Assembly: GCF_009914755.1 (NCBI RefSeq)
Contig: NC_060926.1
Strand: one strand, 5' to 3'
DNA: 64,000 nucleotides
Source: the human T2T-CHM13v2.0 reference genome, Homo sapiens
The stretch's first letter is position 1, and every line of letters begins with the position of its first letter. The position numbers and the translations under genes are program-made. Positions 27,584 through 42,375 of this stretch are shown one piece after another. Under the pieces are notes generated by a model that saw nothing but the letters and a program-made list of their open reading frames with translations, was not told where the DNA came from and did not search any database.

Positions 27584-29512
27584 GTACTAGCTTTCTGTGA
27601 GTCCTGTGCAATTCGGCACAGCCCTTGGGGCTTTGAGTCCTTTTTTTTTTTTTTTTTTTAATAAAATAAGAGACTTGGCTAATAGGATTTCTAGCCTACC
27701 ACTCCTTTACAGTTTTAAGATATCATTTTAAAAAGTTACATTTCAAGACTGTAGTAAGGAGGTGACATTATATACTTAAACATAAAAATGTGGAGTGATT
27801 TGAAGAGCACTGAAATTATTCCACTCTTCAAAGTATATGCATTTATGTATACATACATGTACATACACGTGTACATAAACAAACATATACATATAGTCAT
27901 TTTCAGATGCCTGAAATTCTGTCCTTAAAGACAGTTGTGAATCCCAGTTCTATTAGTATTTGACTGTGACCCTCTTAGTTTTGCCTACTGTCTGCAAGAC
28001 TCAATTTTTCTTTTTTTCCTCATAATGGGAATAAATATTGTCTGTCTTCTAACTGTGTTATGATATTTAAATGAGGAAATGTGTTGAATGGTAGTTCTTC
28101 TTGTCTGAAAGATAAGAATACATGGGTGCCATCATCCAATCTCAAAGTCATTGGGTTTTGACAGAAATGGTATGATGGGTAATTATCCCATTTCTCCAAA
28201 GTCATTAGGAACCTGAAGTAATTTTTTTAAACTTGTTTTTCATGCACCTGTGTTGGCTAGATCACAGAGCCTGGGCCCATCCTCTTGAGGAAATATTATC
28301 TGCGTCAACCTTCCTCAATGCCTCCTGGATGACTTTACCACCATCTTGCAAATGTCTATTATTTGTTAGCTCTAGAAGACTCAGAGCAATGATTGCACCA
28401 ATCTGAAGGTTATTTCTTCCATGCTGGTCTTCTGCCATTGGTGATATTACAGATGTTTGTCCAGAACATTACTGATGACAGCTACACACCTGGAAAATAA
28501 AGTTTCTTGTTTGTTCCTTCCAAATTAATTTTCTGAATGAACACCAGCAACTCAAAATGCATTCAGTTTCAGAATTCAAAGAACAGAAGAGCAAATTTGA
28601 GGGACACTCTGGCACAGTAGAGGGTATGTACAATCATTGAATGCAAAGTCTTTTACATTTTACCTTACACGTCAATCTCAGCTAATCAGGCTTTATTTTT
28701 CAGGAAAGTGCTGCAGAGCAGAGAAGCAATTCTCAACAAGACAAAGCTACTATAATAGCGACTTGTGGAGTCACGTTAAGAAGAAAATAGGCAGAGAAGT
28801 GGACTCTTGACGGGAGTCTCATCCATCATTTCCTCTCTGTGCAACCTCAGGCAGGGTACATAATCGATCTAACTTTTAGTTTTCTCTTATGTAATCTGGA
28901 GATAATAACATATATTTTATATAATTATTGTGAGTATTAAATACCAAAACCCCTTTATGTCACATGTTTAGCATAGTGTCTATATCACAGTATGTGCGTC
29001 ATATGAAACTCAGTGCTTTGTACCCGCTGATTCCTGGTGAATGAAATACGGTCACACATCACAATGACTGTCTGCTGAAATGCCAAAATCCTGCCTGTAG
29101 TTCAGGAACCAGAGTAAAGGAAAATGAACCCTGTAGTGTTTTTACTTTTTCTCTCTTTTTAGAGAAAGATCATTTGCATGTGGCTCCACCTTAATAATTG
29201 CATTTGTAATGCTTTCATGTTGTCACATGGTCTAACCCCCAGGATCTTATCTTAATAAAAATTCAGTTAAACATGTGTTCAAATTGGCCAGATCAGCCAA
29301 ATCTGGAACAGGGAAAGTTGTTTTCCTCCTAATGAACTGTCCCCTGGACACGGGCAGTGCCACAGAAGTTCAGGAATATTTATTGTCCATGGCATTTCCA
29401 GGAGTTACACTCTTTGTTGAACCCTTCCATCGTGCCAGGGGGAGGCTGGTGATTCATTAATTCACTGTGATGATTTGTCCTAATTATTCTAATTACTGCC
29501 TTGTCTCCTCAG

Positions 29513-29626
29513 ACCAGCTGGTGCCTAAAGCAGAGGGAAAGTCACCAGTCATGAGGACTGCGGTGGTGGCTGCAGAATCCCGGGCACTGGATCTGTAGGA
29601 TTCACTGTCACCACATCAAAAAAGCT

Positions 29627-29704
<78 letters not shown>

Positions 29705-29980
29705 CTGAGCCCAACTTATCCTTGGTGCTGCTCTGGCCTGAGTCCGGGTTCCCGGGGCCCTGCCATGCATGCATTCTCTCCTCTGCTCCTCTTGTACCTT
29801 TTCAGGGAGAGAAGAGCCCTGATACAGGTTGCTTTTCTGTCTTCCCAGCTTGCTGCCCCACCAATTCCAGACAGCATCTGCTGTGTGTTCTTTGTGCACC
29901 CATCCCTGTCTGAACGTATCTTAAACCCAGTCTGGTTTCTAACAACTGTCGATAATAAAAATATCTATTTCTTACTGCAC
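29513..29980 (+). ncRNA. Predicted terminal non-coding exon containing the CUG repeat
   Basis: ctaattactgccttgtctcctcag acceptor ending 29512; AATAAA at 29954-29959. Motif-only prediction. Confidence 0.3.
29627..29707 (+). repeat. Interrupted trinucleotide repeat TTG(CTG)11TTG(CTG)5TTG(CTG)8
   Basis: Counted directly: 27 units; minus strand reads (CAG)8CAA(CAG)5CAA(CAG)11CAA. Confidence 0.98.
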
Positions 29981-30927
29981 ACTATCAAGTGCCAAGATGG
30001 ATGTTCATTGCCATATGTGCACTGTCTCTAAGTGCTACAGTTTGCAGTCTTAGTTCATATATTAAGGCTCTGCATGACCTAGAGACTAGTTTACATTGCC
30101 CAGCAAGGGAGTAACACATGGAACTGAATCCCAGATTGCTGCATCCCCAAAGTCGGGGGGCCCTTTATGCGTCTCTCTTTTCCCCTCCCACAAGCCTTCC
30201 TGGTCATCTACAGGACTCCTGCTGAAACCTTCCTTCGGTCTTTTATCCCTGAGCTCCTTTGCTGTGATAACATAGACTGTTCTGTCTGGCAGCCCTGGGC
30301 AGTCATCAGTGTTGGCTTTGCAGGTCAGCTTGGGGTCCCCAACCAGGATTCCTGAGGCCACAGAATCTTGCTGCAAACACAGCTAGTCTTGGAGAACTCA
30401 TATCTGTGCCTTTCTGATGTGCTGTATCACCCCAGCCTGCCCTGTGTTTCTTTGGGATATTTTCACAGCTCATACTTCAGTGGTATTTGCCTCTTAAGTC
30501 ACTTACCCCTTATTACTCTGAACAAAACTGGAATCCGAAAAAAACAAAAACAAAAACAAACAAACAAAAAACACTGGAACTGTGGCTCATCTCTCAGGGA
30601 ATGAGCTGACACTTAGTAGAATCTATGACATGAGGGCTATGTTAGAGACCCTGAAATGAAGCTGGGTGAAAAATATCAAGGTGTTGTGAGTGACAAAGAT
30701 GATATTCCAAAGATTCAACTGAGAAAGAGTCAGTGTATCTTATTATTAAAATTGCTTCTGTAAGAGTCATCATAAGCTTGACTTGTATTTCTTGACCAAC
30801 TCTTATTTCTATTCATATCTCAGCTTAACTGTCATTTCTTCAAAGAGGCAGACATTCCCAACTCTACAAACTGTAGGCCACCAGCTTCTGTCATTTTATA
30901 AGAACAGGTGAATCACTTCACACTTGA

Positions 30928-31260
<333 letters not shown>

Positions 31261-34200
31261 TTGAACTTATTTTCTTAATGCTTGCTTTCCCAAGTAGGCT
31301 GAAAGCTTTGGGAGGCTAAGAGGCAACATTTTGTAATTACCTGATATTCTTAGTGCCAAGAGAAGGCTGGCTCTGGGCAGGCCGTCTGCCCATGTGCTCG
31401 ACAAGGCCTGTATTTATGTATCTGCAGGCAGGCCCCTCATTTGTAGGCGACTAGGTCTTCTTAGGGATTCCTGGCCATACTAGGAGGTCATCTGCAGGGA
31501 CGCCTGCACTGATGGGGAGTCCTTGAGAGCCAGCTGACTACAGCTCTGGGATGATGAGGGTGGGAAAATTGTCCAGTTAGAAGAAATACTGAAAACCTCA
31601 ATGGACAAACTGGAACTTCAGGAAGAATGGTGGTGGACAGAAAAAAGGAAAAAAAAAAAGAGAAGAGTGAATGAACCAAAGTGAATGAGCCTCATTTCTA
31701 GATCTACAGACTTTTGATAACACCTGGCCTGTTTATATCACAAAGCTGCTAGGCTTTACAAAACAAATTCAAAACAAAAACAACAAAAAGCCATGAAGAG
31801 CTATCTACGTGCAAGAGGTTTTATATTTAGTTGTGCTTTATTTTACTAACCAAACTGAAGACTAGCTTGCTGGGTTCCATTTCACACTGCCAGCTCTTCA
31901 CTGTGTGCATTCATGAGCCTGATGCTAATGAGACCTAGAGTGATCTCATAGGCAACTTGCAACGTTCAGGCTGGACAGGTAAGTGTGATGTGTTGTGTTC
32001 AAAAGGAACAGATGGTTTAAATTTAAATTCAAATTTTGAAGGAAACACAAAGACAAAGTGAAACTCTTTGAATGTTAGATAAAAATGTTGATATTTATTA
32101 ATGATGATATCAGATTTAATGGAATTTGGTTGAACTATTAAACTGTCCACTAAGTAGAAATTAATGCCAGTTCTTTGATCTTTTTATATAATTACAGTAA
32201 TAATTTAGACTTTTCTTGACTGCAACTCTGGGGAGATGTAATGATAGAAAAAACAAACCAAACTTCAGGGCATATTCAGCATGATGTCTGATAAATTAAT
32301 GCTCTTGATCGTAATTTGAAAAGGAGCTCTTGCCCTGCAGGAAGCTGACCGGGAAACAGAAGCTTTATTAGTGCAGAGATGGCATTGACTACACCTACGG
32401 TTTATCTCCACTCTGCTCTGAAGCAGCAAAAGTAGTGAGACACGGACTGAAACAGGATGTTAGTTTTCTGAAGGAGCAGATACATTTAAGCCCAGCTTCA
32501 TGCAGTGGAAAGGGCACAGGACTGGGGCTAAGGAAATGTGTGTTCTACTTAGAGTGACCAAGGAATCAGTCAAATTCTTTTTTGAGAGTTAAGGGGAATC
32601 ATTTAATAATTATGTTGAGGTAATACGTGTGAACTAGAACGATCCTTGGCAAATCAGGACCCTAATTTGGCTCAAGACTAGTCACTTAATAATTCTCTCA
32701 TCTCATGTGATTCTCTTAGCTTTCTCGGATCTCAGTTTCCTTATTTGTTGCAATTCTTGCCTGTAAACCCTTAAGAGTGCTAAGAGAATAAGGTAAGAGA
32801 ACATATGATAATGAAAGGTTGGAAATAGGAAGGTGAAAATAGTCATTTGGTAGCATTGTTCTGATGAAGAGGGTAAAGCTAATTCTCCCATAAATTATTT
32901 GTGTTTCCCCTGTTGACCAGAAGAATGAAGAATAACTGAGACAAAAATTCTATTTATTTCATAGCATGATGTGGCCACACATTCTAAATGTTAAAGCCTT
33001 AGTTTTGGGTTAGGAGTTTACATTTTAGCACCAAGTTTCCCTGTTATTATTTTTCCTATAGGACTGTCAAGATTTAGGCAATATGGCCGCTTTAAAACAT
33101 AAAAATTAACTTTACTCATCAAAAGCACAGATGACTACCAATCTCAAGCTTTTAGTCCAAATGAAAATTCAGTGTAAATACCTTTAGTACACAGAATTCC
33201 AGCTGAATGGGAAAAAAAACTGATTAACTCATATTGTATTATTTGGTGAGAAATTATTCTTTCTTTGGGGCTATTGCTGAGTACTAAGAAAAGAAAATGA
33301 ATATCCAGGATCTGCTGCTACTCCCCAAAAAATATATTATTGTCTTCTTTCTTCTTGAATTTTCTAAGGGCCCCAGTGAGGGCTGGGCCCTTCCACATGC
33401 CGTGGTAGCTAAGCTTCAGAGCCAGTTGCCAGGGATCGGAGGCTCAGCAAGGCTCAGGAGAGTATCCAAGGTCAAACAGCTAACAAGGAAAGGAGCAAAG
33501 ACTGAAGCAGGTGACAAATCCTCTATGCTCTCCTCTAATCCAGTCACTAACCCTACCTTTGGTAGGAATCTGGAAATAAGAGGAGAGATTAAGTACTTTT
33601 CAAATGGGTACAAAAGGGAAGTTTTCTGGGATTTTAGGATGGTGTGCATATATGCTGAAGTGTGCTTGAAAACAAAATAAAATGCAGGTGTGGAAGAATT
33701 TTTAAAAACCATTGTAACCAAGGGGTTGATTGACTAATATAATGTTAGCAATAATACTTGCCATCTGCAATTTTGCCATTCTCATAAGAATTGGTTTAGC
33801 TTAAAAACATTGAATAGCTAAGCATGTGTTTAAAAAACTCTACTTTAAAATAAAATAGATTTAATATGTTATTTGACTTCAGACAGGTCTTATGTGATGA
33901 TTTGATATAGATCATCAATACTGAAATGAACCTATGTTTCATTTGAGAATATCTGGAAAAGAGAAGTGTGAATGTCAGATTTCAAATCAAATTATTTCTA
34001 TTTTAAAATATAATCATCACAATACTTTTAAAGCTCAATGAGCTTATTTTATCCTACATATGCAAACCAGAGTAAGGTTAAGTATGCAACTTCATCTTGC
34101 CAACAGCTGTAAGGGTGACCATCACCTGGGAACTCCCAAAAACCCTAAAAGCACCTGGCTGGGCTCGCTTGCCTGAAGCAAAGATGCCCAGTGGGAGGAT

Positions 34201-34323
34201 CTCGCTCCATGAAGAGGCACTGAGAGGGCCAGTGATGCTAGCAGACAGAGAAAAAGGCATTCTGCTGCAGGAAAAGGGCACTAGCCAAACCGGGTGTCCC
34301 ACAGATCACTAGCACACTATCAA

Positions 34324-34961
34324 GTTGGTGGGACTGTAAACTAGTTCACTAGTTCAACCATTGTGGAAGTCAGTGCGGCGATTCCTCAGGGATCTAGAAC
34401 TAGAAATACCATTTGACCTAGCCATCCCATTACTGGGTATATACCCAAAGGACTATAAATCATGCTGCTATAAAGACACATGCACACATATGTTTACTGC
34501 AGCTTTATTCACAATAGCAAAGACTTGGAACCAAGCCAAATGTCCAACAATGATAGACTGGATTAAGAAAATGTGGCACATATACACCATGGAATACTAT
34601 GCAGCCATAAAAAATGATGAGTTCATGTCCTTTGTAGGGACATGGATGAAATTGGAAATCATCATTCTCAGTAAACTATTGCAAGAACAAAAAACCAAAC
34701 ACCGCATATTCTCACTCATAGGTGGGAATTGAACAATGAGATCACATGGACACAGGAAGGGGAATATCACACTCTGGGGACTGTGGTGGGGTGGGGGGAG
34801 GTGGGAGGGATAGCATTGGGAGATATACCTAATGCTAGATGACGAGTTAGTGGGGCAGCGCACCAGCATGGCACATGTATACATATGTAACAAACCTGCA
34901 CATTGTGCACATGTACCCTAAAACTTAAAGTATAATAATTAAAAAAAAAAAAAAAAAAAAA
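34324..34961 (+). mobile_element. 5'-truncated young L1 (L1PA2/3-like): ORF2 C-terminus, 3'UTR, poly-A
   Basis: ORF 34361-34732 translates as the L1 ORF2p C-terminus (...IFSLIGGN*); 3'UTR gctagatgacgagttagtgg has GAG rather than the L1HS-Ta ACA; pure A tail. Confidence 0.95.
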
Positions 34962-35936
34962 GGAGAGCCTCGTCAACAAGATGGAGTGAAGGTAGACGGG
35001 TGCTTCAGTCCCTGTAAGACAAGGCAGGGACCGGCAGGGCTCACTGAGCACTTGCAATAAGTTATGCACAGAGACCTTCCCTATATTTTTTCATATATGT
35101 TTTACTGTAACCCGATTTAGTAGATACCCTTTTATAAATGATGAGTTCCTGGAATTCTTGGAATAAAGAGCGATTAGATTGCTTGCCCAAGATGACAGTT
35201 ATAAGTGATGAAGACAAGATTTGACCTTCTGTAGTAGGATTTCTCTTTCTGAATTTTTAACCACTCACAAAAATAAGTGCTTTAAAACCTAGAGGATTTG
35301 AGGATTCTAATAGTTACTAGAGGAAAGAGATGAAGAAGAGGAAATAGGGCAAATTTTTTTAGTATTATATTCTAGGCCGATTAAAAAAATCTATTAGTGG
35401 ACTTGATCATTTGTTACAAAATTTCCTGACTTTTTTCTAATGAAAACACAGAGACTCAGAAACATTAAACAAGATTTCAACATCACTCAGCTAAAACAAA
35501 GATGAAAGGAATTTTGCATCTGTGATTGCAGTCAGTATTCTCTCCACTATTATATGCTGTGGAGATATGACTCTCTGAGAAATAGTGAAACAGAAAATAT
35601 TGGCCTCATATCTCTTCTTGAGTGGTACTGGCTGGTGCACCCACTTTCTTCCATTCTGCATTTTTGAATATTGAAAGGCACTGTGTTTCAACATTTCTCT
35701 AACTCTGCCCTCCTAAAATAAAAGCCTTTGAGTCTGCTCCTCACCTGACGGTCAAAATATATCTGTGTCATGCCATAGTCCCTCGGACTTTTACTAGGGG
35801 ACTTATTGCCTAATGTTACAGACACATTTTATATGTGTTTAGTATGGTTTAATATAACGTGCTCCATCGGGGGAATTGGTTTTAAATTGTGTCTTTATGA
35901 GAGGAAATGATTTATTTATTCAACACTATTGGTTGA

Positions 35937-36381
<445 letters not shown>

Positions 36382-36712
36382 TCACATAGAATTATCTGTC
36401 CCTACTGCATAAGTTAACATACCAGTTAGGTTTCCCCAAAGCTCCCATCCTTGTTTCTCATTCCTGCTTTTAGAGATACTGGGGACAGGAGAAGTCTGGT
36501 CACCTCTCTACCACCAAGGAGCCAAATGTCAATTACACAAGTCCTCCGATTTATAGTTTCTCCATTAATAGAGTATGGCTAAGTGTTTATATTTCTGATT
36601 TCTTAGGTTTTTCATGAAGATCATCCAGGATTGTAGATGAAAAAGTACTATAAATACTGAAATGTACTTATCCTATGTAACATCATTATTTTATGTAATA
36701 AATCAAGGCCTC

Positions 36713-37128
36713 TGTTATGGTTTGATTGTGGTTTGTTCCTGCCAAAATTTATGTTGAAACTTGATCCCCAGTGTGGTAGTGTTAAGAGGTGGGGCCTGGT
36801 CTTGGGCATGCAACCCTCATGAATAGCTTAATGCCCTCTCAAGGGGTGAGTGCATTGTTGCTCTCATGAGAATGATTAGTTCTCCTGTGAGCAGGTTGCT
36901 AAAATGAGTCTGCCTTCCTAGGTTTCTCTCTCTTGACATATGATCTCTTTTCATACATCCCCCTACTTTTGTTTTTCCCATTAGTGGAAGCAGCCTGAGA
37001 CCCTTGCCAGATGCAGCTGCCCAATCTTAGACTTTTAAGTCACCAGACTTATGAGCCAAATCAATCTCTTTTCTTTAAAAATTACCCAGCCTCAGGTAGT
37101 GTGTTATAGCAACACATAGACTAAGACA
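36713..37128 (+). mobile_element. MaLR solo LTR (MSTB-like)
   Basis: tgttatggtttg...aattacccagcctcaggt...gactaagaca termini. Confidence 0.8.
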
Positions 37129-37955
37129 TTCTCTAAGCCACATCCCTGAAAACTGTTTTAGAACCTGCATCTATATAAGGGCTTTTTAATATAGTTGGTG
37201 TCAGAAACCCACCCTTTCCTCTAGAAAATATATGAAGAGAATAGATACCTTGTGGATGACTTCTCTCCCACTTAAACTTCAAACTGATCATAGTAATCAA
37301 CTCCCTGCCCATTCCTCTTTCTTACATCTGGATTTTCAGTAATCAATAATAACAATCCAGTAATGGTGCAGCTGGTATGGCAGAAAAATTATTGCAGCAA
37401 AACATTCACAATGAGGCTAATGAGATCATGTGAGAGAGGGAAGAGGGTTGAATCGATGTTGAAACTAATTTTATTTCATTAGCACTAGATGTAAATTGCA
37501 GTATAATGGAATTAATCATTTAAAATGGATTGTTCACTTAGAAGTTACAAAAATACCAACATTCCATTTGGTGCTATCTTTTTCCTCTGATGAATCAATT
37601 TGGTTTTAAAGGATTTGTTTGTATTTAAAGTAAAGGGAACCAAGGGGTTTATACAGCAATTCTTGGGAACAGGAATGAGATAAGAAAAACAGCTAGAGCA
37701 GAAGGACATCAACAAACAACAAAAACAACAACAAACTGAGCAGATTATGAAAGGGCAGGAGATAATTTCTACCTGGAGTATGTGAACATGGCAAAATCAA
37801 CTTAAAAAATAAGTCTTCTAAAGACTTAATCCATTCTGAGCCAACCTGAAAACAGTGATTCTTAATCCTTCATATACATCATAATCTCTTGGGAAACTTT
37901 TATTAGATAGCAATGCCTAGGCCTCATCCTAATTTAATTAAATCAGAATTGTTAA

Positions 37956-38303
<348 letters not shown>

Positions 38304-38846
38304 AACTTTTTAACAATAAAAATCACGTGGGATTTGAACAAAAAGTATACTAATCAAAGGAATAAATATTTATATATCTCCTGAGCTGCATAAGGAATTA
38401 TGGGATTAAAGTGGTACAAGATTCTCTTAAACAGGGCAATTACTAGCAGATTAGGGATATAAAAATATATGCATTAATTGTCCGTTGGTGGTGCAAATGT
38501 TATATACCAGAGATATTTAGAAGAAGGAGAAATGACTTTGGACCCAGGAGAACTAGGGAAATCTTAGAGTTAATAGGAGATGAAGCAGAATTTAAAGGAC
38601 CATGTATCAGCAAACTATTGCTACACAGAAACTCATCTTAGTCTTAAAGACTTTCTAAACAAACATGCTTTAAAGAGTTTGCAGCCACCTCAAAGTTGGT
38701 CTCAGCTTGGGTTGAGTTGCTAATGATCATAAATTTTTGTGATGAACAATCTATTTCAGAAAGATGCTCACAAATTTCTGTGACAATTGTGACTCAAAGT
38801 CATTTCACAAATCTTACTACAAAGAGATCTAAACATTCTTTTCTCT

Positions 38847-39138
<292 letters not shown>

Positions 39139-40287
39139 ACAATTTTTTATCAGCAGCCTTGACGACAGGATCATTAATGAAATAATTCTGAGGAACAGAC
39201 TCGCTACATGCATAATTTTATAGAAAATGAAGCTGATTTAAAGTGTATAAATGATGCAGGGTGTGATCAATTTAAGACTTGAACCCAACATTCATGGCTC
39301 CAAATGCAGTGCTCATTTTCCTGTGCAATTACACATGGTTTTGGACAAAGGTCTTCGTGTTCTATTTTATTCATATAATAATTTCAATTTAATTAACCTC
39401 AATTTTAATAAGCAGTTATTCCCAAGACAGAAGCATTAAGAGAACCAACATTTTTTAAGAGCTCACTAGGTCTCAGACAATTACAAGTCATTATTTAATC
39501 TTAGATGTTGTGCCCTAAGTGCCTTGCTTGCTTCACCACTGCCATGGCCCTACCAGCAACAAGAACTTATCCAAGGTTTTGTAGACATTTGTACCCAAAG
39601 AGGGACAAACTGGAAGGCAGTACTTGATGTATGTTTTCATCTATCACTGTCAAAAACACGCGCCTGAAACTTCCATTTACATACCTGTCCCCACATCTCT
39701 CCTTTCCAGTCCCCACTGTGCTTCGTGCTCCTATTTTGATGATATTCAATCTGTTACGTTCTCTCCACCCCAGTCCCATGCTTTCTTCACTTTTACCTCA
39801 TTAGCGTCCAGACTTTACATGTGTCGTGGATAAAATACACTTTTTCTAAGTCTGTTGAGAAAATGATAAAAGTGGTATCTCAAACAGCCCAAGGAGACAG
39901 CCCAATGGGCAGAGCCCTGGACAGGCATGTTGCAAACAACGTCCATCAGTAATCAGGACTGAGAGAGCATAAAGCCTCAGAGGTCAGAGGTCAATGGGAG
40001 GTTCCAGTTGGGTCAGAAATGAAAACTGCAGAGAATGCAGCAGATACATGGCACTGTTGAAAGAGAGACCTAGAAGCAGAAGACAGGTGAGTTCTATTTA
40101 GCTGGGGACCTGTGGGAGGTTGCAGGTGATGCTCAGTGGAGATATATGAATCATCCTACCTGTTACATAGGCCAGCTGGGATCAAAGGAAAGATTAGAGT
40201 GTGACAAATGGCTTTGTATCCATAGGAGTTTGGGTTGATAAGACATTAAGAGGATTTAACTTTAATAGCCTAAACTAGTTTTATAAA

Positions 40288-40469
40288 CAGTGTTTCCAGA
40301 TAAGACACAGAATGCCCATTTAATGCTGAATTTGAAATTAACAATGAATATTTTTAATACAAATATGCCCTAAATATAGCATGAGACATACTATACTAAA
40401 AAAAAACTGTATCTGAAATTTAAATCTAATTGGACATGCTATAATTTATTTGCTAAATGCCCAACCCTG
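40288..40469. mobile_element. MER53-like palindromic MITE
   Basis: cagtgtttccagata...aaatgcccaaccctg inverted ends with internal inverted arms. Confidence 0.7.
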
Positions 40470-42157
40470 TGTATAGAGTTGGAAATCACCCTCTTTACTG
40501 ATTATAGGACTGGATATTCCTGTCTAAATGCTAATAGTGAGGGTAGAGAGAAAGAAAACTTGGCCACATACTCTGACAATACTGGTATAATTGTAAATAA
40601 TGTTAAACTCCGTTTGCTAGCAAGAATTAAGGGAGCTATGTCTGAAATGGCACTGTTTTGTCAGTGAATTCTGTTTACCTTTTTCTTCTGCCTGGAGTGT
40701 ATTTGTGAAGAGTCCCTTATTATCAGTTATGTTTTATGAAAATCAGCACACTACCACAATGACATTTAAGCACAGAATCATTAGTCCATGTTTTTAATAA
40801 ACACATCGATTAAGAAAAAAAAAACTTGGCCACATAAAAGTTATTTGAACTTCAGTTTTTTTCTCCGCAAAATGGGCATAATCTACCATCGCCTCCCGTA
40901 GTTGCAAGGGGATGTGCATGAGATAACGTTTAAAGTACTGAACACAGGCCTGGAAAGGTAGCAAGTGTTCAATTGCTTTCAACCACTGCTCAAGTCAACC
41001 TTTTATGAAGGCGGGGAAGGCTGAGTGAATGGGTAAATAAATGTTCTTGGTAAAGCAGCACACCATCAGAATTTCACTAATATTCATCACAATTTATTTT
41101 CTACCCGAAGCTCAGGATCCACCCCATTCCGTATGGGAAACAATCGAAACAAAGTGGCATAGTAAGCAGTCCCATGACAGTTGTGTGGAAATGCCACCCT
41201 TTCTTTTTAAGGTGAAGCAGTAAAGCTTAGCAAGTAGCATTTGTGCCTTTGACAAATGGTAGGCTGACAACACTTGGACGTGGTTGACAAGTACAAAATA
41301 GCATTCAGTAGGCAGGTGCCAGGGAGGGGAAAACAACTCTTACGTATTGCTATCTGTATTGAGCCAGACTTTAAAGAACTGGAAAACTCTCTACATGGGA
41401 ATTAAGAACATGAAGATATTTCAGTAAAATCTGTTATTATTTTTAAGATACATTGTTTTCAAAAGCTCGTTTTTTGGCCATATGGGATTGTATTGGAAAA
41501 ATATTCCTAGAAAATATAATTCAGCATATTTTGATGGAAATCATTTCCCTTCATTTATAAGTATCCAAATAATCCATTGTGAACATCAGAAATTATTGAA
41601 ATCTCTAATGCAGCTTTAATAAATTCCTTCCTGTGGAATATGGGCGTGTTTTCTGAAGCTTTATTGAAAAATGAAAGTCTCACATAAAATGTATTTCAGA
41701 TCATTTAACTTTTCTATCTTATTTTATGATCCAGTGAATTTTATTCATTCTAGCAAGTCGTGCTGAACCTAAACACTTTAGGATTAAGATTAAAATACTG
41801 AGTATATAAATTAGGGTTAATAAAAAAATCCAATATATGTTTGGAAATGTAGCTACTGTCACTTAAAGGAAATGGTGCAGCTCGGAAGTAGAGTGTAGAT
41901 AAATTAACCAATTTTTTGAAAAAAATTGATGTCCACAGAAATAAGACTCAGATGGTCTCATTGTTATAAATTAAGGCTGATCAAAGTGACTCAACTCCCT
42001 AGCGAATATTTTCTCTAGACACTAAATCAAGTGCCTGTAATTGCATTTCTATAGTTTTATTCCATGGTGTAATCAGGGTGAAAAATTAAGACAAGTCTCT
42101 GGACAATAGAAAATATCTTTCAGAGAGATTTCAATTTCAGTTGGTTGGATTAGCTAT

Positions 42158-42375
42158 AGGAAGCTTGTCCAACCCACAGCTTGCATGTGGCTCAGGACAG
42201 CTTTGAATGTGGCCCGATACAAATTTGTAAACTTTCTGAAAACATTATGAGTCTTTTTGTGTGATTTTTTTTCTTAGCTCATCAGCTATTGTTAGTGTTA
42301 ATCTATTTTATGTGTGGCCCAAGACCATTCTTCTTCCAGTGTGGCCCAGGGAAGCCCAAAGATTGGATGCCCCTG
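42158..42375. mobile_element. MER30-like hAT fossil
   Basis: caggacagctttgaatgtggccc...gtggcccagggaagcccaaagattggatgcccctg. Confidence 0.75.

Noticed and set aside
26385-27611. Overlapping 60-136 aa ORFs in the GC-rich patch
   Set aside because: Expected from GC content; no recognisable protein similarity
26550-29980. Identity with known loci (PART1/PDE4D, MIR205HG, ATXN8OS, TCF4 CTG18.1, DMPK)
   Set aside because: Flanks do not match what I recall of these loci (no CTA tract, no miR-205 sequence seen), so no gene symbol is assigned
29627-30031. + strand poly-Leu ORF resembling a signal peptide
   Set aside because: Starts at a TTG inside the repeat; no recognisable domain follows
34361-34732. 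123-aa ORF (and the similar 61713-62231 ORF)
   Set aside because: L1 ORF2p C-terminal remnants in 5'-truncated elements, not host genes
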